Below, piece by piece: positions 63,992 to 64,000 of a DNA stretch of 64,000 nucleotides (position 1 is the first letter of the stretch; each line of letters opens with the position of its first letter). The notes beneath the pieces are model-generated. The model saw only the letters and a list, made by a program, of their open reading frames with translations. It made no database searches and was not told the origin of the DNA. The DNA is from a virus (lineage: Duplodnaviria > Caudoviricetes): IMG/VR virus record IMGVR_UViG_3300028392_002123; one strand, 5' to 3'. The position numbers and the translations under genes are program-made.

Positions 63992-64000
63992 AACTTAATC

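Noticed and set aside
1-64000. Stop-codon reassignment, common in some large phages
   Set aside because: Genes tile densely under the standard code. TAG is rare but closes genes at natural junctions (39978, 42293) and no enzyme is broken by in-frame TAG or TGA.
1-64000. CRISPR array, tRNA/rRNA genes, integrase, transposase, intron, intein or homing endonuclease
   Set aside because: No repeat-spacer periodicity or cloverleaf seen in the short intergenic gaps; polymerase, ThyX and RNase H have ordinary lengths; no HNH, GIY-YIG or LAGLIDADG motif recognised.

Overview
This window is a gene-dense, AT-rich segment of a large lytic dsDNA tailed phage with T4-like traits: family B DNA polymerase, probable sliding clamp, T4-type RNase H, ThyX, TATAAATA-type late promoter motifs and consensus sigma70 early promoters. 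It holds two convergent blocks. The + strand block (1-32857) is an almost gap-free tailoring-enzyme island: 10 radical SAM genes, 5 SGNH-like proteins plus one degenerate SGNH domain fused to a radical SAM enzyme, two families of 4 glycosyltransferase-like paralogues, a nucleotide-sugar-like cassette, a carbamoyltransferase, a QueC-like PP-loop protein, a methyltransferase-like protein, an Fe/2OG oxygenase and an SDR. The - strand block (32846-64000) carries thyX, a MoxR/vWA pair, promoter-led early gene cassettes, RNase H, and a 7-deazaguanine pathway (FolE, QueD-like, QueE, TGT/DpdA-like) interleaved with a GT-B glycosyltransferase, two dehydrogenases, a cytidylyltransferase and a UDP-sugar dehydrogenase. 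It continues with clamp and polymerase, a catalytically incomplete lysozyme fragment, Dps, and a cluster of proteins whose N-termini and internal [ILVM]-x-E motifs resemble protease-processed capsid-internal proteins. No tRNA, rRNA, CRISPR array, integrase or transposase was recognised. Best leads: (1) sugar- or polyol-decorated deazaguanine DNA modification, (2) the radical SAM/SGNH/GT island of unknown substrate, (3) packaged polyprotein-like internal proteins, including AT-hook and nuclease-like members. All product calls come from motif recognition by eye, with no database searches.
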